Both the position numbers and the translations under genes were made by a program. A stretch of DNA of 64,000 nucleotides from Azolla caroliniana (taxonomy: Eukaryota > Plantae > Polypodiophyta), in NCBI GenBank assembly GCA_043228905.1, contig JBHGNT010000008.1, positions 4,836,001 through 4,900,000 of the forward strand, given 5' to 3'. The notes under the pieces were generated by a model, which was not told the DNA's origin, made no database searches, and worked only from the letters and a program-made list of their open reading frames with translations. Position 1 is the first letter of the stretch. Each line of letters starts with the position of its first letter. This document shows, in pieces, positions 49,712 to 63,193 of this stretch.

Positions 49712-52700
49712 ACAATTTCAAAATTATATGAAGACTCTGTACACACACTGTGCTAAGTAGTACTATTTATACAAGTCCTCTTGGGACTGACAGAAGTACC
49801 ATGTACTTCAATGCTCACACGAGCATCTGACACTTACTACGAGACTATAGCTACCTAATAGTCTATCTATCCTACACTAGGCTTCCGATTGGAGTTCCGG
49901 TTACGGATTGCACCCGGCCTCCACTGCTTGCCGGTTCGGTTGCTCACCGTCATACCGATCCGTTTCGCCCGATCTGGCTCCGGTTGAGCTTGCCGCTCAA
50001 CACTCCTCCTCAAGCTCAACCTGAGGCGGGGTCGTAGTGTCGACCTCTGTGACAGTCGGTTCTTCCAACCGACTTCTCTTGGCGTCACTCCGCCTTGCTC
50101 GCGCTCCTCGTCCGGTCCAGTCCTGTTTGCCGCGACCCCTTTGGTTCTGCGCGCCTCGTCCCTCTCGGTCAGCATGTCTGCTCAATAGGCCCATCTCAAC
50201 ACTCACGTTGTTGTGACTCTGGCACTTGCCGATCCGTCGGTTCTCCCACGATGGCATCGACTTCCGCTGTATCCGTGTCCCCTTGGCCTTCAGTTGATCC
50301 AACTCATCCGGATCCATCTGTTGATCCGAGTCAGCTGTCTCCGACTCGTTCCAGCTCTTGTCCGAATCGGTACACTCCGATTCGACTTCCGGCTTCAGGC
50401 CTCTCACCACATCGGACCACTTCCGAGTCTTGGCCTTCTCCATGCTTCCCTCAGCTTCTTCAGCCGGTGAACCGAAATCGAATTCTTCATTCGACTCCGC
50501 ATCATGGTCAGTATCGTCGTGATGACCTCCGCACAGCATGGGCTTCTCTTCCTGAGTGCACAACTCTTCTTCACAACCGCTTGCTCTGACCTGTTCGGAT
50601 GTGTCGACTTCCTTCGTCGACTCGGCTTCCTTCATCTTCTTGTCTCCTCTTCTTCCGGCTCTCCTCTTACAGACGGGTTCAACAGTTTTTTGGCCTTTGC
50701 CAGTTTCGGTAGAGACTTTGCCCTTGCTTCTCCCCCTCAAGTGCGACACGTCGAGATGCTGAATACCAAGCATGTCGGTAAAGTGCTGCAACTTGTCCGA
50801 TCCGAGCGGCTTGGTGAAGATGACGGCAACTTGCCGATCCGTATGAACATACCGTAGGTCAACTTCACCGCTCAGGACCCGCTCACGCACGAAGTGGTAG
50901 TGCACCTCGATGTGCTTTGTGCGAGCATGGAACACAGGGTTCCTGGCGAGCTGCAGGCTGCTCATGTTATCGCAGTAAATCGGGATCGGGGTCGGTACCT
51001 CGATCCACAAGTCTCGCAGTAGTCGCCGAAGCCAGATGGCTTCACAAGTGGCAACGGTAGCGGCCCGGTACTCAGCCTCAGTGCTTGACAAATCCACTAT
51101 GGGCTGCTTCTTGTTGCTCCACGCAACGGCCGCGCAACCTATGGAGAACATGTATCCGGAAGTGGAGCGGCGATCAGACGCATCGTCGGCCCAGTCAGCA
51201 TCTGTGTAACCGACAAGCTCTTCAGGTATACCTCACCGGTATAGCAGTCCCCGATCCTTAGTGCCGCTGACCTACCGTAATATTCGTTGCACGCACTGAA
51301 GGTACTCCACGGTCGGCTTCTGCAAGAACTGACTTACCATGCCGACCGGATAGCTGATGTCGGGTCGGGTGATGGTTAAGTAGATCAGGCTTCCGACAAC
51401 CTGTCGGAACTGTTTCTCAGTGCAAGCCGGTTCGGAGTTGGGACGGAGATTCTGGTTCCGGTCCAGGGGTGTGGAGACAGGTCGGCAATCCATCATGCCG
51501 AACTTATACAGCATATTCAACACGTAATGTCGTTGTGAGAGCAATATGCCATCGGGGGTCCGGATCACTTCGATCCCAAGAAAATAATGAAGGTCCCCCA
51601 GGTCCTTCATTTCGAATGCGTCCGACAACTAGGACATGACGCGGTTGATTTCGGGAAGACCCGGTCCGGTGATGACTAAATCATCCACATACAAGAGTAT
51701 ACATACCGGACTGTCAGAGCCTTGCCCGATGGACAACGAAGAGTCCGACTTAGAGACAACAAACCCCAGCTTACGCAACCGGTGCGTGATCTTCGCGTTC
51801 CAAGCTCGGGGGGCTTGCTTCAAGCCGTAAAGTGACTTCTTCAGTCGGCATACCGCCGACTTGTTCATCTCCGATTGAAATCCGGGGGGCTGAGTCATAA
51901 AGACTTCTTCTTCAAGCGCTCCTTGAAGGAAGGCGTTCTTCACATCCATCTGGTGAAGATGCCACCCCCTTGCCGCAACAACCGCCAGTACCACACGAAC
52001 CATCGTCATCTTCGCCACAGGAGCGAAGGTCTCGTCGTAGTCGATTCCGTGGGTCTGCGCGTATCCCTTCGCCACTAACCGGGCTTTGTACCGGTTAACA
52101 GAACCGTCGGCGTTGTACTTGACCTTGTACACCCACTTGCATCCGATCGGTTTACAGTGACACGGAGGATCAACTAGGTCCCAAGTTTCGTTGGCATCGA
52201 GTGCCCGCATTTCTTCATCCATAGCGGCACGCCAATTTGCGTCCTTTGTCGCTTCTGCGTAGCTCTCCGGCTCACGCACTTCTGTCACCTTAGTCATGTA
52301 CACATAATGATGCGCCATGTATTCATTGTACCCGTACCGCATGACGGGATCCTTCTGACGGGTTGATCGGCGCAACGCACCGTCACCTGATTTGAGGCCC
52401 TTCTTGGCCAGTTCGGTCTTCATTGCCGAAGATCTGCCTTTCTCCTTTCCGGAGTCGGATACGCACCGATCTGACTCATCGTTGCCGGTTTCGAATTCCG
52501 GCATCTTCCTCTTCCCCTTCTCTTTGCGCGTGAACCGTTTCCTTGGTTCCTTGCGCGGGGAGAGCACGACAGAGTCTCCACCACTTGCCGTCTCTTCATC
52601 TGACTGGTCCAACCGACTCAGTCGCTCGTTCGGTCCACTCAACCGCAACGATTCCGGACTCTCATCTTGAGTCCCGGCTTCATCATTCTCTTCCAAGGCT

Positions 52701-55173
52701 GATTCAGGCTCACTGGCCTGATCTTCCAGCATTGGGTCGGGATCGGAAGTCGGAGTCGGTATGGAGTACCAGTATGCCGATTCATCGAACTCGACATCCC
52801 GGCTAACTCGGACTTCCTTCGTCCGGGGGTTATAGCACTTATACCCCTTTTGCTCTTGAGCATAGCCGACTAGGATGCATTTTTCCGATTTTGCATTCAG
52901 CTTCCTCCGCTTCTGATCCGGCACATGCACATACGCTATGCTGCCGAATATCTAAAGGTGTCTTAAGTTCGGCTTGCGCCCGAAATACAGCTCATGTGCT
53001 GACACCTTGTCACCAATGCGGTTTTGTATGTAGACGGCCGTCTGGACCGCCTCCGCCCAGTAGAACCGGGGCATGCTCTTCTCCTCCAGCATTGTCCTTG
53101 CCGCTTCGACGAGTGTCCGGTTCTTCCTTTCGGCCACACCGTTTTGCTCCGGTGTGTATCTGCAACTGAACTCTCGCCGAATTCCCTTCTGCTGCAGATA
53201 ACTAGTGAATTGGCCGGAAAAATATTCCTTTCTGCCATCCGACCGAAGGCATTTGATCTTCCTCTCCGATTCCCGTTCCACCATCTTTTGGAGGCTCCGG
53301 AAACAGTCGAAGACTTCGCTCTTCCGCTCAATGAGGTAGATCCAAGTATGTCGCGTATAGTCGTCGATGAAGGAGACGAAGTACCGGCTCCCGCCAAGGC
53401 TTACACTTTGTGCCGGTCCCCACACATCCGAATGGATGAGATCGAGCTTATTACGGCTCCGGTTCCTTTCGGTGGGGAATGGAAGCCGGTGTTGCTTCCC
53501 AAATTGGCAGGCTTCACAAATTTCGGCTCTCCGGCCGCTGAACTTTGGCAAACCGAAAACGACTTGTTTCGTTTCTAGGTCTTGAAGCCTCCGGTAGCTG
53601 ACGTGGCATATCCGCTTGTGCCATAGGTCGATGTCCGACTCGACCTTCTGTCGTTTCGCGAACACAGCGGTGCCAATGTCATTGGTGTTGAGGATAAACA
53701 TCCTCCCGTCTCTACGCCCTTGCGCAATGACTTCACCCTCATCCTCAATGAAGCACCCGAGGTGCGTAAACCACACCTGCATCCCTTGGTCGACAATCTG
53801 ACCGACGGACACCAGGTTCTTCGTGATCGTCGGAACGTGTAATACGTTCATCAGCTTCCCTTTCTGTCTGACGTGGCTTAGAGGGACTTCTCCGACGTGC
53901 ACGATTGGGTGTGGAGTGTCGTCTCCGGTTTCAACTACTCCTGGTTGATCCAGTTTCTCTAGAAAGGAGAACCACTCTTTGTGGCTCGTCATGTGGTTCG
54001 ACGCGCCGGAATCAACATACCACACTTCCTCCGATTTGGAAGTGGTCTTCTTCATTGAGTTTGCCTTGTGATTCATCACCAAGGCTAGCCCCTTACCGGC
54101 CTTTCCGGTTCCGGATCCTTCTGATCCGTTTGCGTAGTGCGAGTTTTGCCGGCCATCCTTACCGGTCTTGCCGGATCCAGATTTGTCCAAATCGGCACGC
54201 TTTCTCCAGCACTCGCTTTCCCTGTGGCCTTTTTTACCACAGTACCAGCATTCCGTAGCGGATTTGTCTTACCGGCCTCCGGCACCGCCTTGACTCCCCC
54301 TGCTTGTGGAAGTCTCGGAACTGTTGTCGACACGTTCAGAGTGCCTCCGTTCCTGCTCTTGCCGGCCGCCTCCATTGCGTGCCGACCCACCTCTTCCACC
54401 ACGCCCACGGAACCAATCCGTTCCCGTGTACAGCATTCGGCTGTACGGGGATGCACTGGTAGATGCACCGGCGTGGTTCTCCTCTACAAGGAGCATCGAC
54501 TATAAGTCGAAGAATGAGGGGGTATTCTCCCTTGTACACACCGCAGTCCGGAATGCTCCGAACTTGGACGCCAGGCCTCCGAGACATACCTGCACCATCT
54601 CTTCTTCCTCTACGGTAACATTGATAGAGGCGAGCGAGTCGCAGATCTCCTTTATCCGGCCCGTGTAGTCTGGCACAGACATGTTCTTCTGTCGAACATT
54701 GCTCAACTCCTGTCTAAGTTGCAGCTTCCGGGCAGTGGTGCTTGTGACGAAAACCTTTTTCAGGTTCCCCCAAGCATCCTTCGGTGTCTTGGCGTCACGG
54801 ATGTGGCTGAGCAGCTGATCGCCGACACTGGATGCGAAGCAGTACATCACCCTGCTTGCCGCCTGTTCCCATACCGGGAAGTCCTTGTGTGCCGAGTCAG
54901 GTGCCACATCATTCGCTCCTTCGACATAACTCCAGTACCCGTGTCCAAGCAGGTACTGGTGTATCTTGTAAGACCAGGATGCGTAGTTGCTCCTGTCGAG
55001 CTTCTCCACCGGGAGCGACGTAGCCATGCCTCTATCTATGTCTTCTACTGTGTCTGTTTTCGACCTACTAGGGTTTTCTTCTCAAGAGTAAATGTCTGCA
55101 GTAGAGGTTCTCAACCCTCGCGCTCTGATACCATGTAAACGTAAGTGTTTGCGGAAGCGTAAAACAGAGAACA

Positions 55174-55231
<58 letters not shown>

Positions 55232-56172
55232 CACAATTTCAAAATTATATGAAGACTTTGTACACACACTGTGCTAAGTAGTACTATTTATAGAAGTCCT
55301 CTTGGGACTGACAGAAGTACCATGTACTTCAATGCTCACACGAGCATCTGACACTTACTACGAGACTATAGCTACCTAGTAGTCTATCCTACACTAGGCT
55401 TCCGATTGGAGTTTCGGTTACGGATTGCACTCGGCCTCCACTGCTTGCCGGTTCGGTTGCTCACCGTCATACCGATCCGTTTCGCCCGATCCGTCTCGCT
55501 TACCGGCTCCGGCTTATTCAGCCGATCCGGCTCCGGTTGAGCTTGCCGCTCAACAATCTTCTCCTCTTCTTCTTGGGTTAGGGTTTCAGAGCTTCTTCTT
55601 TCTACTTTTCTTCTTTTCTCCTCAACATACTAGAGGAGTTAGGATTTTAGGGTCTGCGAGTTTGAGAATTTTGCCTCTATTATACTTCTTACTTGAGATA
55701 TTTTAGGGCTTGGATTCCTTATACATCAACTTCTTCGGCATCTTGGTGATAGTCAACTCGGTGGCCTGTTGCGAAAGGGAGGTTGTAGTGGCACGAGGGC
55801 TACTGCGAATCGAGGCAACATTGCCGTCAGAAGTAGTCGAGCTCGAAGCCCACTAGACTCGCCTTCGCTAAATTATTTTAGCCGTTGATTATTTCATAAC
55901 TGATTATTGTAAAAACCACCGAAATTATGGTGTCAAGCTTAGCAATTCCAAAGAAAACAAAAACCCGTTTTGATTCATAGCCGTTTTTTTATTAATCATG
56001 AAATGGATTCTATGTAAACAAAAACCACTGAAATCGTGGTATTAAATCTAACTTGTGTATAAATTGCCCATGTCTTTGTCTTGATCTCCCACTTCCTCAC
56101 TACTTTTGTCTCCCTGGTCCAAGGCCCCGACGGTCCCATTCAAGCGACACACGCACGCGAAACTTTGCGACA
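49157..56172 (+). mobile_element. Oppositely oriented copy of the same TRIM-like family (internal part, PPT, LTR 49277-56172) split by copia C3
   Basis: Sequence is the reverse complement of 47363-48400; the LTR ends at ...AACTTTGCGACA. Confidence 0.82.
49611..55555 (-). mobile_element. Near full-length Ty1/copia C3
   Basis: LTRs at 49611-50002 and 55134-55555; TSD ATCTT; PBS-iMet at 55122-55133; gag from 55027 with zinc knuckle CWYCGKK; protease WYVDSGAS; integrase; RT YVDD; RNase H; a few stops and frameshifts. Confidence 0.96.
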
Positions 56173-59100
56173 ACGCGAGGGAAATTACCGTGTTCCAATG
56201 GCTATTAATACATAAGTCACTACTGTTTGGAGTGTGGTAGTGTGGGAATGTTAGCTCTCCTAATTGTGTAGCGTGCCCAAATGCAACAGAATCAATTCGA
56301 CGCACTCTGTGGGACTACCCAGAGACCCATCAAATATGGCGGGGGGGTTGGCGACCTATTGTAATTATGTCAAGTGCAAGGCACAATCAAGTGGGAAAAT
56401 GTATGTTTGTTATCATGGTAAGCCCCAGTTGACATGTATGAGCATCAGGAGAAGGGGATGACTTTGGTGATAAAAGCACAAGATGTTTTTTTTCCACCAT
56501 AGGCAATATCCACTCAACCCCTATTAATGCCAAATCTCAAGTTGTGTTGGAATCGGTCAACCCGATAACTCTCTGGATTCTATGGAAACAATGACGGATC
56601 TTCTCCAACCAAACCGCGCATCCAATAATGTTAATGCAAGAGATATAGTGTGAAGATATAGCCACTCTAAACAACCAATACAATGGCCTCAAGGGCGGGT
56701 CCGATGGAGTTGAAAGACAACGACTAGTTTTTATCCAACAATGGTCATCCTCTCCCTTTCTTGAGTCCGTGGGCATCCACATAAGATGGAACTATCACAT
56801 CCCTACATGGATTTGTATATAATACTCTAATCTGTAAAATTTTATAACTAATGGAAGAAGTTGTTTTTGGAAAGAAGAAGAAGTAGTAGTTTTTGCATCA
56901 TTACATTGGGTATAATTTATTTGTGTCGGTTCATGTGATGGGATCAAATATGCAAGTTGTCGCCTACTTGGCATCTTTGGAGAGTAAATGGAAATACATC
57001 CCCATTTGTGCAATGCCACATTGGACAAGGTTTGTCAACATATTCGTAAATAGAGAACAAGCAACTAGTCTATGTAGAATATCTCTCTTATTTGTTGAGT
57101 TGGATCAATCTTGTCAGTTATATGGTAGGAGATTAATCACATCATATGTATGAATATAATAGAAAAGTTAAAATAGATGTAGCAGATCTCATTTTTGCAT
57201 GATTTACTGATTCAGACATAGGGAGGAACCCATGTCACCACAAACAAAGACTAAAGCATGTTTTGGATTCAAAGATGGTATTAGAGACTATCCATTGACC
57301 TACTACACTCCCAATCACGTGACCAAAGAGACCAACATTGTGGTAGCGCTAATAGACATTTCAATATATGCATGCTCCCGATATTTGTGCTTGTGAATTG
57401 AGCATTACGTTGACACTGTTGGGTACAATATTAACATGGTAAAAATATGATCGTTTGGATATTTTAATCCAATGTAAATGGAGTTATGCAATATGCATGA
57501 GAATATATTACTATCAATTCCTTGGGTGCCTTCAATCACTTGCAATGGTATGTCAAACTATGTTATGTGATATGCTTCCCTAGATGAAACTTTTGCAGAC
57601 AACTTAATAAACTTACTATGTTTACTTGTGAGCTCAATAACAAAAATATTGTGGTTACTCATGCAATTGTTTTTGGTAGATTAAAAATGGATACCACATG
57701 TTACTTGTGAATGAGATGTTAAGGCTAGGACACAAGTGTTCAATATCACATGTTCTACATTTGGAGTTGTGTCTTCTTTTATTTTGTGAATCTCACTCCA
57801 ATCAATTTACTAGGATACAAAGCATTCACAACCGTCCTAACTATTGCGTTACCATCTATTACGATTTACATCAACCTCACACAACTTCTCCAAGCTGGAC
57901 ACACCAAAGCTCCACCTCTTATGCACATGCATGTACTCTCTCTCTCTTGAGCAAACATGTGGCTATACATTATGCACAAAACTAAGTATCTTGTTGTCGC
58001 ACCCCTTTTGGGCCCCATAGGTTTTGTTTATGACCTTGTGTGGATGTTAAAATATCACCATCTCTCTTTTCGCTTATTTAGTACAAACACAATGCAATAG
58101 CCGATGGTCCTTTATCTAAGTTTTACTTTGTAATTACAAATTATTGTTCCTTTATCACTCCTATAATCCAACAATTAACTTGTTGCTTCATAGTCTCCCA
58201 CACTTTATCTTCTTAAAAAAACATTGTATTTAATTTAACAACAAGGGAATACTCCAACTCGACAACAAATCTCCGCAATGCAAGTTCAATTTGAACTTGT
58301 GCCCTTGACTTTTTTTTATTGAAGTTGAATTTGTAATGTACAATATCACAATGATTGTGGATATCTTATCCTCCTCATCCGTCATTATGCTTTGAAATCA
58401 GATTACAGGGTTCACAAGAAACCCATGAAATGTGGGAATCTAACTAATGATTAGGCGAGTTGCGTATAGCGTGGGCGTGGGCCTCACCTACCTACAAGAT
58501 TTAGCATATGCTAGCTTTCTAATATAATTTTTGTTGCATGGTAGTCCACTCTCTTGGGAGTCATGGTGTACACTGTAAACCATTGTTAGCCTCATCACGT
58601 GGTACATAGCATTATTGAGACAAATATATGATCACTAAAGAAAGATCCCTCTTTCGCTTCCAAACATTATTATGAAGAAACATATATGGCATTGCAACTT
58701 TTATCTTAGAGAATTATCATTTGAGAACCAAGAAACCGAAATGTCCCCTTTTTACATGTAGGTAATGCATCACGAGAGGATACAAATTTCAAGGTGATAA
58801 CCTATCAAGGATGTGTTGTGGTGGAATACGAAGCATGTACACAACATATACAACAACTTTGACCAAATCGAGTTCACACTTAAGAAGGGGGACCCATAAC
58901 AACACAATAACATAGTTAAATACTCCACAACATTCGAATTGAATTATAATTAGATATGGTTAAGCATTATTTTTTTAAAGTTGTTGCGACAAGACCACAA
59001 ATTTCGGACGTACGTAATGTGGGAATCAATGATAAAATGTTATCGGTGACTCTCAATAAAAAAAGAGTTGCTCATATAAACTTAAAAACAAATCAATTGC

Positions 59101-60625
59101 ACACTTCTCGTTGCATTCACGAGAGAACAACCTTACATAATTTACCATGTAACACCCGTTTCATTTCACTTGTATCCAATGTTATTGTAATTTTTATTTT
59201 TGTCGTTGAACAACTTCACGCGTCCTACTGTCTTCATAAGTTGTGTTAGGGGCTAAAAATCTTGTTAGTCTTGGGTTTGTTGTGAATAATATACATTTTG
59301 TAGCTATTAACTTATGAGTTTGTGTGATGACCTCTTTATCATCTATAAGCTTTTGAAAACTGCATTTTTCTTCATCGATAAATATTACTAGTGCCATTTC
59401 AAATCCTTGCAATGTCTACTTAAATGTACCGCTAATGTTTTGCGATGCAAATTAGTAAAGTCCACCATCAAGGCATTTTGACGTAACAAGGTTCAAGCTC
59501 TATAAAAACACTAGATTGCTTATTTAATATAACTAAATATGTGGTTTACCCCCACTAAAATAATAAGAGTAAATGAAGAAGAAGAGATCACCAATATTTA
59601 AAAAGATGTTATGTTTAAGTTTACTCTAGAGGCTTATTGTCTACCATTTGGTCCCATAATAGAAGCTCAAACATGTTAATGTCACAATAATAGGATTAAA
59701 ATAATGTTCTCATATTATGTATTCTCTAAAAAGACTTTGTTATGTCAATGCATACTTTAAAGGGTATCCTTTGGGCCCTTCAAAGAAAAATGTCATAACC
59801 ATATCCTTTAGGCCCTTCAATTTGATATCACACCAACACATTCCTTTCTTTTTGAGGGTATCTATCGCATTATACAAATTTATGACACATCAAAGGTGCT
59901 TGATCAAAATGTATATGCGCACATTCCCACATATTCTAGGTATATGGACTAAACTTAGGTTCATCCATTGTTGATGATGTGATGAACTAAGGAGGATATT
60001 TATGTGGATGGCTTAGGAGATTCAATAAAACGATTGGCACAGTTCCAATAGGTAGTCCATAGGTTGCCATTCGTGTATGACATTAGGGTTTAGGGGTTGG
60101 ACGACACAATGGTGTGCCGCGTGTGACACTCTCTTGGGGGAATGTGGACATATATATATATATACATATGTATACACAAATAGGTGGTAGAGGCAAGTAA
60201 ACTTTAGGAGGTTTGAAAAAGGGTGTGCCCATCCCCAAAGCGAGAGAAAAAGAGAGAGACAAACCTCATAAATCTAGGATTAATTCAAATAAAAATATAA
60301 TGGTGATGCTAGATTACATATATATGTATAAGACTTATATGACAAAACAAAAGCATTTGGGATCGGAAAGAAGGAATGCATAATGTACATTTGAGAAGGA
60401 ATGCATAATGTACATTTGTAATATACATACATACATATGTTATAAACTTATATGTATATGATTGATAGAAAAGGAAAGAAGAGTCTCTATTTCTTCTTCT
60501 TGGAAGTGGAGGGATGCGGTCAACGGATTCCTTTCTTTTAGTTCTTGAATTTGCGTAATCCGCGGCCTGCCGCGCGTCCGCCCAACGATCGGTGGGCCGC
60601 CGCCCACGTGTGAAACGGCCGCCGG

Positions 60626-60893
60626 GGAAAAAGAAAAAAGAAAAATGAAAGACAAAAGAAAAAAAGAAAAAGGGAGAAGAGAAAAAAGAAAAAAGAAAAA
60701 AGAAAAAAGAAAAAAGAAAAAAGAAAAAGAGAAAAAAGAAAGAGGAAAAGAGAAAAAAGAAGAAAGAAGAAAGAAGAAAGAAGGAAGAAAAAAGAAAAAA
60801 GAAAAAAGAAAAAAGAAAAAAGAAAAAAGAAAAAAGAAAAAAAGAAAAAAGAAAAAAGAAAAAAAGAAAAAAGAAAAAAGAAAAAAGAAAAAG
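60626..60893 (+). repeat. (GAAAAAA)n purine-rich low-complexity tract
   Basis: Seen directly; follows a GC-rich island at 60555-60626 that contains CACGTG. Confidence 0.9.
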
Positions 60894-61614
60894 TAAAGGC
60901 AAATAATAAAATAAAGCAATAGGAAATTTTAAGAGTTTTATTTTTGAATAGAAAAACATAAAAATAAAAAAAACAGAAAAAAAGACGATGGAGAAAAAGC
61001 ATTAAAAAAAAAAGATGTGTTTGAACGAAAGAAAGGAAACGAAGAAAACGACGACGAAAAAGAAGAAGAAGAAGAAGAAGCAGCAGAAGAAGGAAGAAGA
61101 GGAGGGAGAGTGAAGAGTGGATATTCTTCTTCTTCTTCTTCTTCTTCTTCTACTTCTTTTCTTTACTTTTGCAGACTTTCAAGCTTCCATGGCTATGGCG
61201 GCATCTTGTAACCTTCTGTGATTCCGAGCCTTTTCTTTCAAGGCTCACATTTACTTCTTCTTCTTCTTCTTCTTCTTCTTACCAGGCTTTCTAGCTTCCC
61301 ATGCCTAATGCCAATATCTTATAACCTCTTCCGACTCTGACCCGTTTCCTTCAAAGATACACGCTTTCTTCTTCTGCTTGCAGGTTTTTCTCACTTCCCA
61401 TCCTCTTCTTCTGAGTGTGATCCTTTTCTTCTTCAAAGGCACACGCCTGCATCTTCTTTGCAAGACTTCCAAGCTTCCATGGCTGTAGCAGTATCTTATA
61501 AACTCTTCTGAGTTTTGAGCCCTTTCCATTCAAAAGACACACTTCTTCGTTCTCTTCAAGTACGCCATTGTTTCTTCTGTCGCTTCTTCTTCTTCTTCTC
61601 TCCCTCTTTAAGAT

Positions 61615-61862
61615 ATGCGTACTCGCCGTGGATCTTATCCTTCTCCTTCAGATGGTATCACCTTCTTCATCAGACCTAAACCACCTCTCAAACGCCGGAA
61701 AACATCTTCTTCTCCTTCTTCCTTTGATCAACCTTCTTCTCATCAATCTTCATCATCATATTCCTTCTTTGATGATCTTCACGACGAGCTCCTTATCTCC
61801 ATTATGGTTTCTCTGGGTTCTGCTTCAGATCGCCCTGCAGACCTCATCAACGCTATGCTAAC
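61615..61862 (+). CDS. F-box/Sel1-like/MYND zinc-finger protein (At1g67340/At5g50450-like), exon 1
   Basis: MRTRRGSY...FFDDLHDELLISIMVSLGSASDRPADLINAMLT, then a GT donor at 61863. Confidence 0.9.
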
Positions 61863-62761
61863 GTATTTATTCTCTTCCATTTATTCTCATTACTTATTTC
61901 CGTGCGTGTTTTCTACTGTAAATGGTCGATTCTTTCTGTAGATTAATTCCTATCTGTTCACTCCCTGATGAGTTTCTCCCTTAATGTGTTCAGAAAAAAA
62001 GCTTCTTTGCCGGTTCAAGATAGCTATGTCTTTTTCATTTGATTGTAGCTTTCTGCGTCGCTGATCATTAGCTCGGATATTAGAGAATCCGTTTATTTAT
62101 TGTTATCCCAGAACCTTCTATTTTCATCGTAGATTTCTTCCTCACTAATCCCACGCCTTTCTGAAGCTTCATTATCCCATAGATTTGTGGAGCATCACTA
62201 ACCAGAGTTCTTCCAATCTTCCTACAGTATGGTAGATATGTATGTTTTCACCATAACCTTTTGAATCTTCACTGATGCTTCGCTCATTTCATTCTTGCTA
62301 TTTGGTGAATCGTTTCGTTTTGACATAGCATTTTGCAAAAAAGCCATATCTTTGTGCGTCATTTGCTATAGCTCTCTATTACGCCCTTCAATTTCTTTCT
62401 GCTTCAGTAACTATAGCGTTTGTCTCATTAACCCTCGCGTTCTGCTTCACTGGCCATAGCTTTCTCCTCATCAATAATAGCTGTTCCGACCTTCCTTTTA
62501 GTCGTATCGTTTTGTCTCCATAGCTTTTCCGGCTCAACCACGTCTCTCACTATCAAATTTGTGGTTCACCAACCATAGCCAGTTTATTCCATTATTTTCT
62601 GTTTCTGCTGTCTTAGTGTTGCCGAGACAAGATTTTCTCCGTAACCATCGTATCATCTAATCGGTTTAGTTATCTTGCTTTATGCTGTTTCCTGCCTATA
62701 TTATCGAATCATTTAATCGTAGCCATTAATATCATCTCGTCGGTTTCGTATGTATTCACAG

Positions 62762-62924
62762 ATGCAAGCGTTTCTGCATGGCTGGAGCACATCCGTTAGT
62801 TCTTGCAAACGTTTCTTTATCTGCTCTTGCTGTCACAGCGAGGAAATGGTCCGATGGATCACACAGGTTTCTGAAACAATGCTCTTATTCGGGAAACGCG
62901 GAAGCAGCATATACTCTAGGAATG
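62762..62924 (+). CDS. F-box/MYND protein, exon 2
   Basis: AG acceptor; CKRFCMAGAHPLVLA...KWSDGSHRFLKQCSYSGNAEAAYTLGM; GT donor; phases are compatible with exons 1 and 3. Confidence 0.92.
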
Positions 62925-63193
62925 GTGAGAATCGATGGAAAAACTGATTTTCTGTGTTAAATTTCACAACTCTATTTTCCCCTGCGGTTTCGTCTATTCT
63001 TGTATATCTGTTCATGTTAGGCTTTTGTCATCTCATTTATGTAACCTGACCTTAGCCTTCCTTTCTGCAACCTAACCTTCATTTTTTGCAACCTGAACTT
63101 AGCCGCCGTTTTTAATGGTTTCTTAGTATCTTGATATGATTCATTCTTCATGATCTGGTAACAGCCTGTCTCCTTTTATCATTTCCATGGCAG

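Noticed and set aside
57200-59500. Possible KDZ/Zisupton-like transposase remnant (AHAHA-like peptide on the minus strand at about 58470)
   Set aside because: Too fragmentary to support without a homology search.
60309-61002. Phe-rich and Lys-rich ORFs of 83-216 aa
   Set aside because: Artefacts of the (GAAAAAA)n tract.
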